Source of the DNA: Nymphaea colorata | Lineage: Eukaryota | Reading direction: 5' to 3' | Length of the DNA: 64,000 bases | NCBI RefSeq assembly: GCF_008831285.2 | Contig: NC_045138.2 | Location: 36,394,001 to 36,458,000 of the forward strand | Shown: piece by piece, positions 52,301 through 64,000 of the stretch | Layout: each line of letters starts with the position of its first letter | How positions within the stretch are numbered: position 1 is the stretch's first letter | Made by a program: the position numbers and the translations under genes | Notes under the pieces: model-generated | Databases searched by the model: none | The model's input: the letters and a program-made list of their open reading frames with translations, nothing else | Told to the model about the DNA's origin: nothing

Positions 52301-55300
52301 ATGGTATACACCCATTTGGATCCAACTAGGTGAGCGGCTTCAGGAATCTTCACCACTTCCCATGTCAAGTTTCTTCTTAGGGCATCTATTTCTTCTTTCA
52401 TTGCATCAACCCACTTGGAGTCACTTTGAGCTTCAGCGACAGTCCTGGGAATCACAGCCAAAGAAAGAGTAGAAACAAAGCACTTGTAATCTTTCCCAAG
52501 TCTGGAATAAGAAACAAAATTACCAATGGGGTGTTGAGTACATGACCTAACACCCTTTCTCAGGGCAATGGGAAGATCGTCATTCTTCTTTTCAACCTCA
52601 TCATGGGTCTCCACGGTCTCCTCGGTAGGACTTGGTTCATCCAGGGAATGAGTGGCATTGGGATTGGAAGTAGATCTAGCATCACAAGTCATCACCTCAG
52701 TCCGAGTACCTCGTCTAGAGTAGAACTGTCCAAACAACTGAGGGCCTTCCTTCTCAATGCTATTGTCACCCCTTTCCTCCTTCTCAGGCACATCAACAGT
52801 ATTAAGTGATTCTGCTTTCTTGTAGTCCAAAAAATCTATAAACTGAAGTTCCTGTCTCTGAGAATATTCTTCCCTGCCCACAAACTGCTCCCCCTGAAGA
52901 GGATTCGCACCAAAGTAAGAGGCATGTTCCAAGAAGGTAACATCCCTCGTAACATAAGCTCGACCAGTAATAGGATCAATACATTTGTATCCTTTTTGTG
53001 TAGGGGAGTATCCAACAAAGACACCTTTGATAGACCTAGGATCAAGTTTCTTGACATTTGGACTGTGATCATGGATAAAACATACACAACCAAAAACACG
53101 AGGAGGAAGAGGAAATGGTGGACGACTGCCAGGAAGCAACGAGTAGGGAGTCCTACCATTCAAAACACGACTGGGCATGCGGTTAATAAGATAGGCACTA
53201 GTAAGAACTGCATCACCCCAATAGTGTTTAGGAAGATTTCTCTGAAACAAAAGAGCCCTGGTGACATTAAGAAGTTGACGATTTTTCCTTTCAGCTACCC
53301 CATTTTGAGAGGGGGTGTAACTACAGGATGTCTCGTGAACAATCCCCCGTTGTCTAAGAAACTCCTCAACAGGCCGACACATGTACTCACGGGCATTATC
53401 GGACCTGAAAGTTTTAACATTCGCACCATACTGGGTATGCACAAGAAGAATAAATGTCTCGATGATTCGAGGAACCTCGCTGCGGTCTTTTAACAAGTAT
53501 ATAAATGTAGCACGAGAGAAATCATCAATGAAAGTGATAAAATACTGGAAATCTTGACGGGTATGAATGCCCGAAGGTCCCCATACATCAGAGTGAATCA
53601 GAGAAAAAGCTTCATTAGCACAACTAGAAGAAAGAGGGTACGAAGCCCTCCCATGTTTGGCAAACTGACAAACATCACAAGAAATGGAAGACACATCAAA
53701 GGAGGAACACAAGTCTGGAAACAAATGTTTCAAAATCCCAAAAGGTAAATGCCCAAAACGTTCATGCCAGTACATAAAAGACTGAAGACAATCTTCTCTT
53801 CTCTTATCTGTCTTGCGGATCGCTGTCAACAGAGCAGTAGCCACATGTATGGGAAGACAATATAATCCATCAGAAGCTAAACCAATCCCAATCCTCTTCC
53901 CTGTCACCAAGTCCTGCAAAACACAACGATCGGCAGAGAATATAAGTTCACAATTCAATTCTTTAGTAAGTCTACTGACTGATAAGAGATTTAAAGGAAA
54001 CTGGGGAACATGTAAAGCGCCCTGCACATGAAATTTGTCCAACAAGGACAGAGTGCCTTCGCCGGCCACACAGGTAGAGGAACCATCTGCAAGAGAAACA
54101 CGTTCCCTTCCCGAGGACAACTTATACTCATGAAACAATTTTGAATTACCTGTCATGTGATGAGTAGCACCACTATCGACAATCCATTCCCCCACAGAAG
54201 AGTTACCTTGATTGCCAATAACTGCAAGAGCATGATTAGCTGTAGTTCCCTCTGAGGTCTCAGTCTTGTTGACAGCCTGCCCAAATAAGCCCTTAGTTCA
54301 CGAAGCTGGTCAGCAGAAATGGAGACTTTTTCTCCACTAGAGGCTTGCACCTCAGACACAGGCGTTCTCCCAGTCAAAGATTTCCCTCTGTTTCCCTTCT
54401 TTTCTGGATGAAGATCCCAGCAATAATCCACAGTGTGACCTGTCTTCTTGCAGTGAGTGCACCTGCGAAGAGACCTAGATGGGCCGCCAGGACCACGACT
54501 CACGAGAGCAGATCTCTCGTTATAGGGCACAAGTTCCCTCTTCCCTTCTTTTGTAACAAGCCTTCTCTGTTCTTCCGCTTCAACACAGGAGTACACATCT
54601 TCAATACTGGACACCTCCCCTGAATTCAAAATCTGGCTTCGAACACCTTCAAACTCATCATTTAAACCTGCTAAAAATAGGAACACCCTGTTTTCCCATT
54701 CATGAGCAACATAGAGCGCCTGATCATGGGGACAATGCCAAGGAATATCAGAATGATAGTCAAGCTCTTCCCACTTGGCTTTCAAAGCCCCATAGTACTC
54801 TGCAACAGACGAGGTCCCTTGTCGAATGCCATAGACTGTCTTCATTACTTGGTAAGTACGAATTGCGGTCTTCTTTTGGCCATACATTTGCTCGAGGACC
54901 ACCCACATGTCTCTAGCAGTCTTCTTCCGAAGGATAAGGGGCTGAATATCGGCGGAAACGGAATTGACAATCCAAGTTTTCACTTGATTATCCTCAAGAA
55001 ACCAAGTATGCCACACATCACTTGTTCTTGCTGGTTCGGGGTTGCTCCCATCAATATAGGCCATGCGACCACGGCCAGCAATCCCCATGGTCATAGCAGG
55101 CGACCACGAGAAATAATTATCCTTGGTGAGGCGAAGAGTGATGACCTGCATGGGAACATTCTCAGTTCTAAAAGCCCCTATTTCAGTGGGATTGGTGTTG
55201 ACGGTTGACGAGGAAGAGGCTGCCATAATCACAGACCAGTCTAGCTACGGGTGAAGCCCAGTAGGCAGCAAGGGCAGCAAGGAGCAACAGCACAAAAAGG

Positions 55301-58300
55301 CAGAGAGCAGGCAACGGACAAAACGGAGAACGCCTAAACCTCACCGGCAGAAGAGACAGCAACAGAGAGGCAGCGCCGGAGAAAAAACGAAGCAGAACGG
55401 TGCGGCGCTGGGCGGAAACAGACCGCCGGAACCAGGCAGAGCGGCGCACCGGTGGAAGCAGACCGCCGAAAAAAGACACGGCGGTGGGCGATGCGTCGGA
55501 TGACAGAGAGGAACGCCGCTGGACAGAGCGTCGCTGGGCAGGCCGACGCTAGGCGGAAGCGACTGAACAGGAACGACGCTGATCAGGGCGTCGTTGGGCC
55601 GGTCGTCGCTAGGAGGAGACGGCGGAATCCTGAGCGGCGCTGATCAGGGCGGCGCTGGGCGGAGACGGCGGCGGGGCGACAGACGAAGCTCAGGCGTCGG
55701 GCACGGACGTCGGGCACGGGCACAAGCGTCGGGCAAGGGCGTCGGGCGAAGCTCGGGCACGGGCGATGAACAGTGTCGGGCGAGACGATGAACAGTGCCG
55801 GGCGAACCCTCCTCCAACACGGGCAAAAGACAAACCAGAAACGCCGGAACTTCACGGCTCTGATACCATGTAGAAATACGAACAAGAAGAAGACGAAGAG
55901 AAACAATGATCACGATGTAACGTGGAAAACCCTCAACACGAGGGAGAAAAAACCACGAATGAGGAGGAGTTGGTGCCCACTAGCAGCCAGACTCTCTCTC
56001 TCTTAAGATTATTATTAACTCTTAAGGATTAGGGTTACATGACTTAAGTAGAGCCCAAAACGGGCTACAAGGCGGGTCGGGTATGGATCCGGACCCGAAA
56101 CCCACAATCTATCAACATGTATGTATGTGTACATACATGCATACAGACACAAAGACTGACAGATATGAATAAAACGTCCTTTTCTGTATATTTTGTAGTT
56201 TCTACAGCAATTAACTGAATTTGTCAACTAGGAAATGCCATAAAAAAATATCAAACTCCATTTGAACAGGAGAATGTCCAATATCAACCTTTCCTTTATT
56301 GTTAATGCTGCTTGGCTTCTTAAATCAATAAATACAATATGAAGCAAATGTAAAAACGTCATACCAGGCAGTGCTTGTTATTCTCACATAATCAGTAGGA
56401 GATAACTGACCAGATTCCTGAACAATATAGATCTCAAGTTTTCAGATTCCTTGCATAATCAAACACTAGAATCTCAAATTATTTATGTTGCCTAATCGAG
56501 AAGATGCAATAACAAACATTAACTTACCACCATTAAGTGCCAAACCAGATGCATCCTCTCTTCAATACCTGATTCAATACAAGATTTAAAAGGTGAACTA
56601 AATATTACCCAATGAAGTAAATATTGATATTAATTTTGGATATACCAGTTCTAAGCCAAAGAGGATTTACCATTAACACCATTTGGGATTTTACGAAAAT
56701 CATCTAGTCCACGTGCTTTCTGTGTGGAGTTGAACGTACAATGGTCTGTCCCTACCAGCTTCCAGGAAAAGTAAAAGGTTGTATTATCAAGAGGGACAAA
56801 GACAAGCATACCATTCCAAGAATTTGAAGTGCTTGTGACAATGGAGCCACTTGCCATGTTACAGGTCCTATGGATACTAGATCGAAGGCGTACTCAGAAA
56901 TGGAAAACTGTCAATTTTTTGGAGATGTGAACATGTTTAGCTGGAAAAATATAACTGGCACTCGGAATCTAGCCATGAAATTCTAGCAAATGGATAGAAA
57001 AAGTTTAAAAAGATAATAGATGAGCAAGGAAAAAAAAACCTGCAAAATTCCTCTTGAGAGAGCAGCTTGAAGCGCTTTATCATGTCCTGATTCCCTTATT
57101 GGAGGGCTCATGACATACCTGGAGAAATAATAGCAACTATTCTGTTGTGGACCAAGGAATAGACAAAACCAAGTCAATGGTGCTGATAGAGACTGTGAAA
57201 TGAAGTCCATACTTGGAGGCAATTGTAAAATCAGGATCCCAAATTTTTGAATCATCCAAAGCAAGACCAGAAACTACAGGCTCTCCAATTACCACCTGCC
57301 CTGCAATGTCATGCAGAAGAGGAAACGCTAAGTTTAATGATCCATGCACGCAGCATGTCTTCCTGGTAGATGATGTTATGTGCCAAAACCTTTGACCAAT
57401 ACAGTGGACCCCATCCCAACCCATAACCAGTTTCAATTTGCACCTAAAAAGGCTACAGACCAAGATATAAAACAGTAAAGGAATGCAGGTAAATAAGCCT
57501 TTCAATACTATTCAATCCCGTCAAAATGGAATTATTTTCAAGTCCTCCCACATGGGAGTGTTAGGAAGAGTGAACTTTGACAACATGTTGAACAACAGTG
57601 AACGTATGTATTGAAATTTCTCAAAAAATCATATTGAACAAGTTCAAAGCAAAGGATGAACTCAAAACTGCATTCACAAGTAAACAAGCCTAAGAATAAA
57701 ATAAGTTGCATACCTATTAACAATAAGCACCATATGTATGAAAAACCAAGGTGCATAGTTATAAGAAGCAACAAACTTGAACAGCATAATTAAAACATAG
57801 GGGTTTCAATCTTGCATATGGCCCATTCGTATGACCATTGGTTATGTTCAGAATTTCCTATTAATGATGCTCCTTGGGCAATTCCTTCATGGGAAATACG
57901 AAGCAAACAAGAAAAGTTTTTTTTGACAATCATAGCCTGCCCGTCATAAATATTACATTCTACCTTGACAGTTCACAAGGATCAAGATATTAATCCTCTA
58001 TAATATTGGATAGCTACAGTGACACCAACACTCCTATACATGGCATGAATAATGTGCTTTTCAATGTTGAAGTGTAAAAAGGGACGGTAAGTTTCATGTG
58101 CTCAACTGAGCATCTCAGGTATGAAGTATGAGGTGTCTCCACAGTCCACACTATTGTTTTTCTTAGCTGAATGACAACACTTTGTCAAAATAATTCCATT
58201 CCATGGCCATCACACACACAACACCTCTGCATTAATCAGAAAATTGTTTAAATTGGCTGTAACCCATTACCTGAACGAAAATCAATCACATGGAATCATA

Positions 58301-61300
58301 TGGAATCTTGGTGATATAGGTAGTGAGTTTGAAGGCAATGGCCCACTGCTCTTATGATGCCACACTCTGGCTTCATGCTCAACCTCATCAAGGCAGACTT
58401 ACATGCATACAAACATTCCCTCATCCCCCTTTCTCACAATTTTAATACAGATCAGACTTAAAGGTGCATTTTACAAGTAAAGAGTAGTCTCCGCTTTTGA
58501 ATTTTTCTTTGATTTAATATGCACATCCCATTTATCTATTTTTTTCAAAGACTGCAACATGACACTTCATGTCTTAGATTAACAACCCCTTTATACATCC
58601 AGAAGACGTAGTCTTACAAGATAAAGCCATTGCCACAAATATAGTTCTTGGGAAAATCTCGGTGGTGTTTTCGGCAAAGTTCTTATTCTTGGATGAATCT
58701 TGGAGAAATATCGACAAATTTTTAAAAAGAAACTAAAAAAACATAAAAATCATAAAAAACCCTTTAAAAATCAAAAATTAAAAATATAAAATTTTTGGGA
58801 AAAAACCATGATAAAATTCGTGAGATTTCAAAATCTCGAGTTTTTTTTCCCAATTTTTTTTGTTTTATTTGATTTTCTCATACACATTGTGAGATTTTCA
58901 AAAATCTCGCGATATCTGTGACACTTGATGAAAGCATTGTTGCATTACTTTGAACTGGTGAAATCAAGGAAATGCATGCCAAGGATATTTTATACCAGAC
59001 TTTCGAGCTTGGGCTATCTCCTCCATTGCATCAATGCTCATGACATGAACAACATACAAGGGTGTATTTACAAATCTTGCTAACCGAATAGCTCTAGCAG
59101 TTGCTTCTCCTTCCAGCTGCATCAGTATCAATTAGAATCATATAAGTCATGCAACAATCCAACAACAAACTAGAAATTTTTGATGGAAAATTTTGATAAT
59201 GTTATCAGAGACATATATTGGCAACGATCAAATAACAAACTGCAAATGTATGATAGAAAATTTTGGTCGTCAAAGATATATATTGGCATGGAATAACAAA
59301 GAAAATCTTGCCTAAGTTCTTTTGGGCAAGAGACCATGTGAAAAAACGGGATTCTATGTCTATCAATGAACTTGATGCCAGAATGTTCACCAAGAAAGCC
59401 ACTACATAGAAAAGAAGGTTGGAGTACAGACTAATTATATGCCTAGAAACAGATTAGATGCTGCCATAAGATGATACTTGAGTTGTATGTAACTAAAAGC
59501 AGATTGTGAACAATTTCACTAGTCAAACAAAAGTCTTCACGATGGAAAAACTTGGAAAAATTTTTGCTTTAGTCCATATCTATACAGTGCTCATGCACTC
59601 AAAGGAAAAATTAATTACAAAAGCAGAATTCCCAATTATAGGACGCTCTCTAAAGGTTTACAAACTATAAGATATTCCTGCTATCACAAGAAATTGAATC
59701 GCACAGCTTTGTGATGGTGAGTTGCACTTAATAAGAAGTCAAGCAAAAAAAAAAAACACTTGTTCTGACATGCCCCACTAAGCTCAGACTAGTCAGAAAA
59801 TTAGTTTCTAGCAATACCAGAGGTGGCCTAGAAAGTGGATGCCCTTCTGGACCAGTTATACCGAGATCAATCATCCTTCTTTGCCCTTCCTCAACAGCAT
59901 CTCCATTTTCAGCATGAACCATAGCCAAAGCGCCAAGAGCTTTACATTTTTTGAAGCCTTGCAACAAAAGCTCGTCATTGACCATGAGTGCTCCCTTGTA
60001 TGCCATGAAAAATTTGAAAGAATTGATACCTAGTATTCAAAAACGTGCTGCTTAGACTAGCCAATCATCATGTAAGCTTAGAATCAGATCTAGACAAAAG
60101 TTACTTTGGCTTCGTCTTAACAAGTAAAAAAAGAAGATACTTAAGAAGAAGAAAGTGCAAACCTTTCTCCCTGACCATGACTTCCATGTCCCTTGAAACA
60201 TCGTCATCCCATTTTGTGATAGCCATATGAAAGCCATAGTCCATGCAACCCTTCTTTGCTTTATTTGAGTAGGCATCAAAGCCTGCTGTTAGACTCCCAT
60301 TTACTGGTATTATGAAATCAATGTGCATAGTTGTTCCGCCAGCTAGTGCGGCAGCCTGACCACTGAAAAAATCATCAATGGTCTGCATACCCATGAAGTC
60401 CATCTCCAAATGTGCATGCGGATCAATTCCTCCTATAAGCCACAGACATAGGAAGAAAAAAAGGGGGTTCAAAATTGTCTTTAAAAAAAAAAAGAACTGG
60501 AAAATAGACTTTGTTGGAAAAGCATATAGTCCTCCTTAAGCAAATCAAACTTTCTTCGATATTCACCAGGCATAACATATTTCCCTGTTGCATCTATGAC
60601 AGTGACATCTTCTCCAACCTGAAATGATTGTGTAAAGAAATTTTAGTACATCACAGTGTTAGTTGGGGCAGAGATCTGAACATTTGGCTTTTGTCTTTGT
60701 ACCTCAGATACCTATAATTTTAGAAACATTGATTTGGTGTCAATCCTACAAAAACTCAGGTATGCAAGCTCATCACAATAAACTTAAGAGTATTGTTGCT
60801 TGCACTCAAAACTAAGTATCTAATGAACAGATAAATACACTCATAGGTCCAGTTGTTATAGGATCCTTTGATTATGTCTCTCCAAATGTCTCTTATGCAT
60901 GCTTCTGCTTATTTTAAGATGCATTTCACACATTAATAGATGCAAAGTATGTGAAAATATAAGATTGTAAAAGAATCTTGAAAAGCTGCTGTCTGGATTG
61001 GATTTATCAGCCAAGAGATCTAAGATCAGTAATTTTTAAAACCTTATAAAATGTAATTTATACATCTGATTTTCAGGATTGTTTTTGGATAAATAAATTT
61101 TTAACATTTTGCATCCCTCTATTGGAAGAAGAAGTCACCCACATTGCGCATTTTATGTGTACGTGTGTGTAAGCAAATTTTCTTTTCTTTTTCCACCAAC
61201 CTATAACTCCAAACTAGATATGAATAAAATAGCTGTTTTTGATATCTTAATGTCAAAGACGAATACAATTGAATATCATAATTGTGCATATGAATAAGTG

Positions 61301-62792
61301 GCATCTTTTCCTCACATTGATGTGTGGTTGCACCGCCACAATTCTCCCATCATCGATGTAAACATCAGCAACTTCTTGGAGGTGAGCATTAACCACGGTT
61401 CCTCCTTTCACCAAAAGCTTTGTGCCGGATTTGGTGTCCGCACATCCAAATGACGTCACTTCACAGAACTGTTATTTGCCAAAAAAGAGAAATCACAAAA
61501 ATGGCACACAAAAATTCAGTAGAGAAATAAATTCGTGAACATAATTTAATATAATAAAATGGTTAACGAGTAACGATGCATTCTTGCTTCATGGTTTGAA
61601 ACTTTGACCGAGACATTGAATATGGACGCGAGCTGTAAAGACGTTGTTAAAGCCCGGAAATTTTTCATGAAGGAATATTCCAAAATTGATCCCTGAACAG
61701 ACATCATAGAAATTACAATATGCGAAAGACAAAAGGATACAGATCCCTACATCTCTTACGAAGTCCAAAAACCTACAACTACGGTGAGGAAACAAAGTGG
61801 GAAAAATCGAAACAAAACCGTTAAGTTGTTCATCGTCTCTCAGGAGATCACATCATGCTCGCAGAAGTGCCGTTCTTTCTTTTATCAAAGGACGAGAAAC
61901 TCAACCATCCAATCACCATATCATGATACCATCACGAAGCGAAGGATTCCGAGGTGCCAGAGAACTAAAAGTCATGACTAGAACCCTAGGACTTGATTAT
62001 CTCAAGAAAGGATAGACAAAGATAAAGGAAAATCGAAACTACAACAGTACCACAATAGAAACATTTGGATGGCGAAGACGGAATTTGAAAAAGATCAACA
62101 CACATGACCAAGGAGAACTCAACCGCAGAAACTGACACATCAGACCGCGCCTCTGAAGAAAGAAAGACGAATGACGAGATGAAGATTATAACTCTACTTC
62201 ATACATGGATGACATTTCACTACCAGGCAGGACAAAAGAAAAGGTTAGGAGCAAAGGACACAAGAAGTCAAACTCGTCCACCTCGGTTCCACTGAATCTC
62301 GAAGCCTAGCAAATTAAAGCACTCTTACATATCACGAATTTCGAAGATGCCAGAAAATCTAGAAATCTGGAGAGCCCGACTCAATTAGCTCCAAAGAACG
62401 AGAGATTATGCTCCAAATTAGGAGGAGCTGCGAAAATCTGAAACAATCAATAACATAAAAAAGACACAGTATCCAAATATATAACAACTCTAAGATATGA
62501 CAGTCTCAGCAAATGAAGAGCGAGATTAATGGAAAAAAAGGACTCCAAGTATCGGAAACCAAGAAACGCAAACTCATAATCAAAACACACGGACTAGAAC
62601 AAACTCCAAAAGAACACGAACAAGAGAATAACTCGCGGAAACCACTCCGTCAGACGGCGATCATGAAACAGTAAAAACGATTGAAAATCTGATGGAATAA
62701 CGACTCACCTCCGAATTAGGATGACATTCCGCGACATGAAGCAGGACGAGAGACACGACCAGCAGCGAAAAAATGGAGAGGCCGAACTCCAT
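49355..62792 (-). CDS. PYD2: Dihydropyrimidinase (pyrimidine catabolism), 531 aa, 13 exons
   Basis: Exons 62792-62709, 61468-61316, 60618-60567, 60432-60163, 60029-59818, 59116-58996, 57300-57213, 57118-57040, 56758-56671, 56568-56528, 56417-56365, 49829-49673 and 49552-49355 (1596 nt). Motifs: [50 protein letters not shown] and IPNGVNGIEERM, plus a hydrophobic N-terminal signal-like peptide. Confidence 0.95.
50902..54195 (-). CDS. Copia Pol (protease, integrase, RT, RNase H)
   Basis: [73 protein letters not shown] and YSDADWAG. Confidence 0.95.
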   Translation of the reverse strand: MGEWIVDSGATHHMTGNSKLFHEYKLSSGRERVSLADGSSTCVAGEGTLSLLDKFHVQGALHVPQFPLNLLSVSRLTKELNCELIFSADRCVLQDLVTGKRIGIGLASDGLYCLPIHVATALLTAIRKTDKRREDCLQSFMYWHERFGHLPFGILKHLFPDLCSSFDVSSISCDVCQFAKHGRASYPLSSSCANEAFSLIHSDVWGPSGIHTRQDFQYFITFIDDFSRATFIYLLKDRSEVPRIIETFILLVHTQYGANVKTFRSDNAREYMCRPVEEFLRQRGIVHETSCSYTPSQNGVAERKNRQLLNVTRALLFQRNLPKHYWGDAVLTSAYLINRMPSRVLNGRTPYSLLPGSRPPFPLPPRVFGCVCFIHDHSPNVKKLDPRSIKGVFVGYSPTQKGYKCIDPITGRAYVTRDVTFLEHASYFGANPLQGEQFVGREEYSQRQELQFIDFLDYKKAESLNTVDVPEKEERGDNSIEKEGPQLFGQFYSRRGTRTEVMTCDARSTSNPNATHSLDEPSPTEETVETHDEVEKKNDDLPIALRKGVRSCTQHPIGNFVSYSRLGKDYKCFVSTLSLAVIPRTVAEAQSDSKWVDAMKEEIDALRRNLTWEVVKIPEAAHLVGSKWVYTIKYKPDGSVERYKARLVAKGFSQKYGIDYLETFAPVAKMKTVRVVISLAVMKEWKMYQLDVKNAFLNGDFEEEVYMHMPPGYEEPEMCCKLKKALYGLKQSPRAWFERLRRVMIRHGYKQGNGDHTLFVKKKESKVTLLLVYVDDMIVTGDDEEEIIKLKGLLATEFDLKDLGKLRYFLGMEVARFSTGLVLNQRKYTLDLLEETGKLGCRPTPTPFDTGHKLSLRDGEPLCEEDKGRYQRLVGKLIYLTLTRPDITFAVNVLSQFMHAPTDAHLKAVDRVLCYLKKNPGKRLLYVKQETVEIEGYSDADWAGCGDTRRSTTGYCVYLGGNLVVWRSKRQDVCSRSSAEAEYRAVAMGVSELLWLKILLTDIGIGIEGPMKMYCDNKSAINLANNPVLHDRTKHVEINRHFIRERIDAKELIVPYMKSEDQTADVLTKALPSASFERNVSKLGMFDMYAQLEGECS
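54153..55226 (-). CDS. Copia Gag (zinc knuckle [14 protein letters not shown]); frameshift to pol near 54275
   Basis: [28 protein letters not shown] and a CCHC knuckle. Confidence 0.9.
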   Translation of the reverse strand: MAASSSSTVNTNPTEIGAFRTENVPMQVITLRLTKDNYFSWSPAMTMGIAGRGRMAYIDGSNPEPARTSDVWHTWFLEDNQVKTWIVNSVSADIQPLILRKKTARDMWVVLEQMYGQKKTAIRTYQVMKTVYGIRQGTSSVAEYYGALKAKWEELDYHSDIPWHCPHDQALYVAHEWENRVFLFLAGLNDEFEGVRSQILNSGEVSSIEDVYSCVEAEEQRRLVTKEGKRELVPYNERSALVSRGPGGPSRSLRRCTHCKKTGHTVDYCWDLHPEKKGNRGKSLTGRTPVSEVQASSGEKVSISADQLRELRAYLGRLSTRLRPQRELQLIMLLQLLAIKVTLLWGNGLSIVVLLIT

Positions 62793-64000
62793 TTCTCTCG
62801 CTTGATTCCGCTCCCAAAAATTTTCGATGATCGGGAAAGCGCGCGAATTACTTATTGGCAGGCCCGCCGATCATCTGGGCGAAAATTCTCGTTTAAATAA
62901 TCTCGAATCCTGGAGGTCGTTGCCGATAACGCCAACACGTCTCGGATAGTTCGGCAACGGTTCGAGTCAAGCGAAACAACAAAGACCGGTACGATCTTTT
63001 GAGGAGTTCGTTATTTTTAAGTTTTTTTAATTAGTTAACTAGTTTCTTAATATTGGTGAACAATAAAAATAGGGGGATAGGGGCCGATTCGCTACGTCAA
63101 TCAGCAAAATTATATGTACACCGATCTGATTGACCGACCCATTCTATGATCCGACTTTACAATTTATAAGGTGATCAACCCTCGCCAATTTCAGTAATTG
63201 CTTGTTTTTATCGATTAAATTCATTCGCTTCGGAAATGTGTGTGTTTAAAGGAAGCTTGTTGGCTTAGCTTTAAATAATTTCATTAGGGTATCTCTGTAT
63301 TGCGAATGCTTGTGACCTCCGCTCATCAAACACGGGTGAAGTTATTCAGGACAATTCATTCACAGAATATCCTTTCCGATAGATAGATTAGACCGTTAAG
63401 ACCTCCAAAAGTTGGCTGAGAATAAAAATGGGAGGCATATGTAAGTTGAAGGATTGATAACTTCTCCATTTAGCCTTCTAAAACTGGGAAAGTAAGATAG
63501 AAAGCCACTTGGCGTGAGGTGGAAAGGGAGCGGTTGAGAAAACACCTGCCAACTCAATGATTTCTCAAAAGGTCAGCGTCAAGGGTTTGGTGGGAAGGAA
63601 TTTGATTCCCATCATGATCTTTTTAATTGTTTATTTTAATATGCATGGAAAAAATTTTGCCAATGTGAGTTCAGCGGTCTGACTTTTACTATTAGCCCCC
63701 AAGAAAAATTCAATGGTGGCACATATGAAATATTCTGGCAGTTAATGGCTGTGATACTTTGTAGCACCTCTTTAAAGAAAGAAAATTCCCATCAAAACAT
63801 TGGGGTAAAACCCTGAGGTATGAACTTGAAAAATTTAATGAAAATTTGATCTGATAAGAATTTCTTCATATTTGAGGGCAAACCTCACACTATGGGACAC
63901 CCGCTTTGTTGAGACTTGAGAATGTAAAAGCATATAGACAAATATCAATTTCTCGAAATTGGAATTCACCATTTTGTCATTGCAAAACTGAAAAAGTATA

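Larger units (their letters stand above)
50662..56117 (-). mobile_element. Full-length Ty1/copia LTR retrotransposon in PYD2 intron 11
   Basis: LTRs at 50662-50910 and 55869-56117 (249 bp, TG...CA). TSD TGTAT at 50657-50661 and 56118-56122. PBS TGGTATCAGAGCC (tRNA-iMet) at 55868-55856 and PPT TTGAGGGGGAG next to the 3' LTR. Domain order is gag-PR-INT-RT-RH. Confidence 0.98.

Noticed and set aside
62709..62792. Signal-peptide-like N-terminus on dihydropyrimidinase as a novelty
   Set aside because: It is already a known feature of plant PYD2 proteins.

Overview
This is plant (angiosperm) nuclear DNA with intron-containing genes. Left to right: an 11-exon TGA-class bZIP/DOG1 transcription factor (+), then a decayed HIRAN-SNF2 (HLTF/RAD5-like) helicase pseudogene (-). 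Next is a ~30 kb duplicated and rearranged flavonoid 3',5'-hydroxylase (CYP75A) locus. It holds three intact 520-aa copies (A +, B -, C -), one collapsed relic copy, a UGT83-like glycosyltransferase pseudogene and a 5'-truncated LINE. To the right are the intronless spliceosomal gene SF3B6/p14 (-), a small 3-exon RIN4/NOI-like gene (+) and a 13-exon dihydropyrimidinase PYD2 (-). PYD2 intron 11 carries a young full-length Ty1/copia element (249-bp LTRs differing at 1 nt, TGTAT TSD). The most notable structure is the CYP75A array. Near-identical copies sit in inverted (A vs B, A vs C) and direct (B vs C) orientation, are sequence mosaics of each other, and lie behind different promoters. Exon models were derived by hand from GT-AG sites and frame continuity; no database searches were run.
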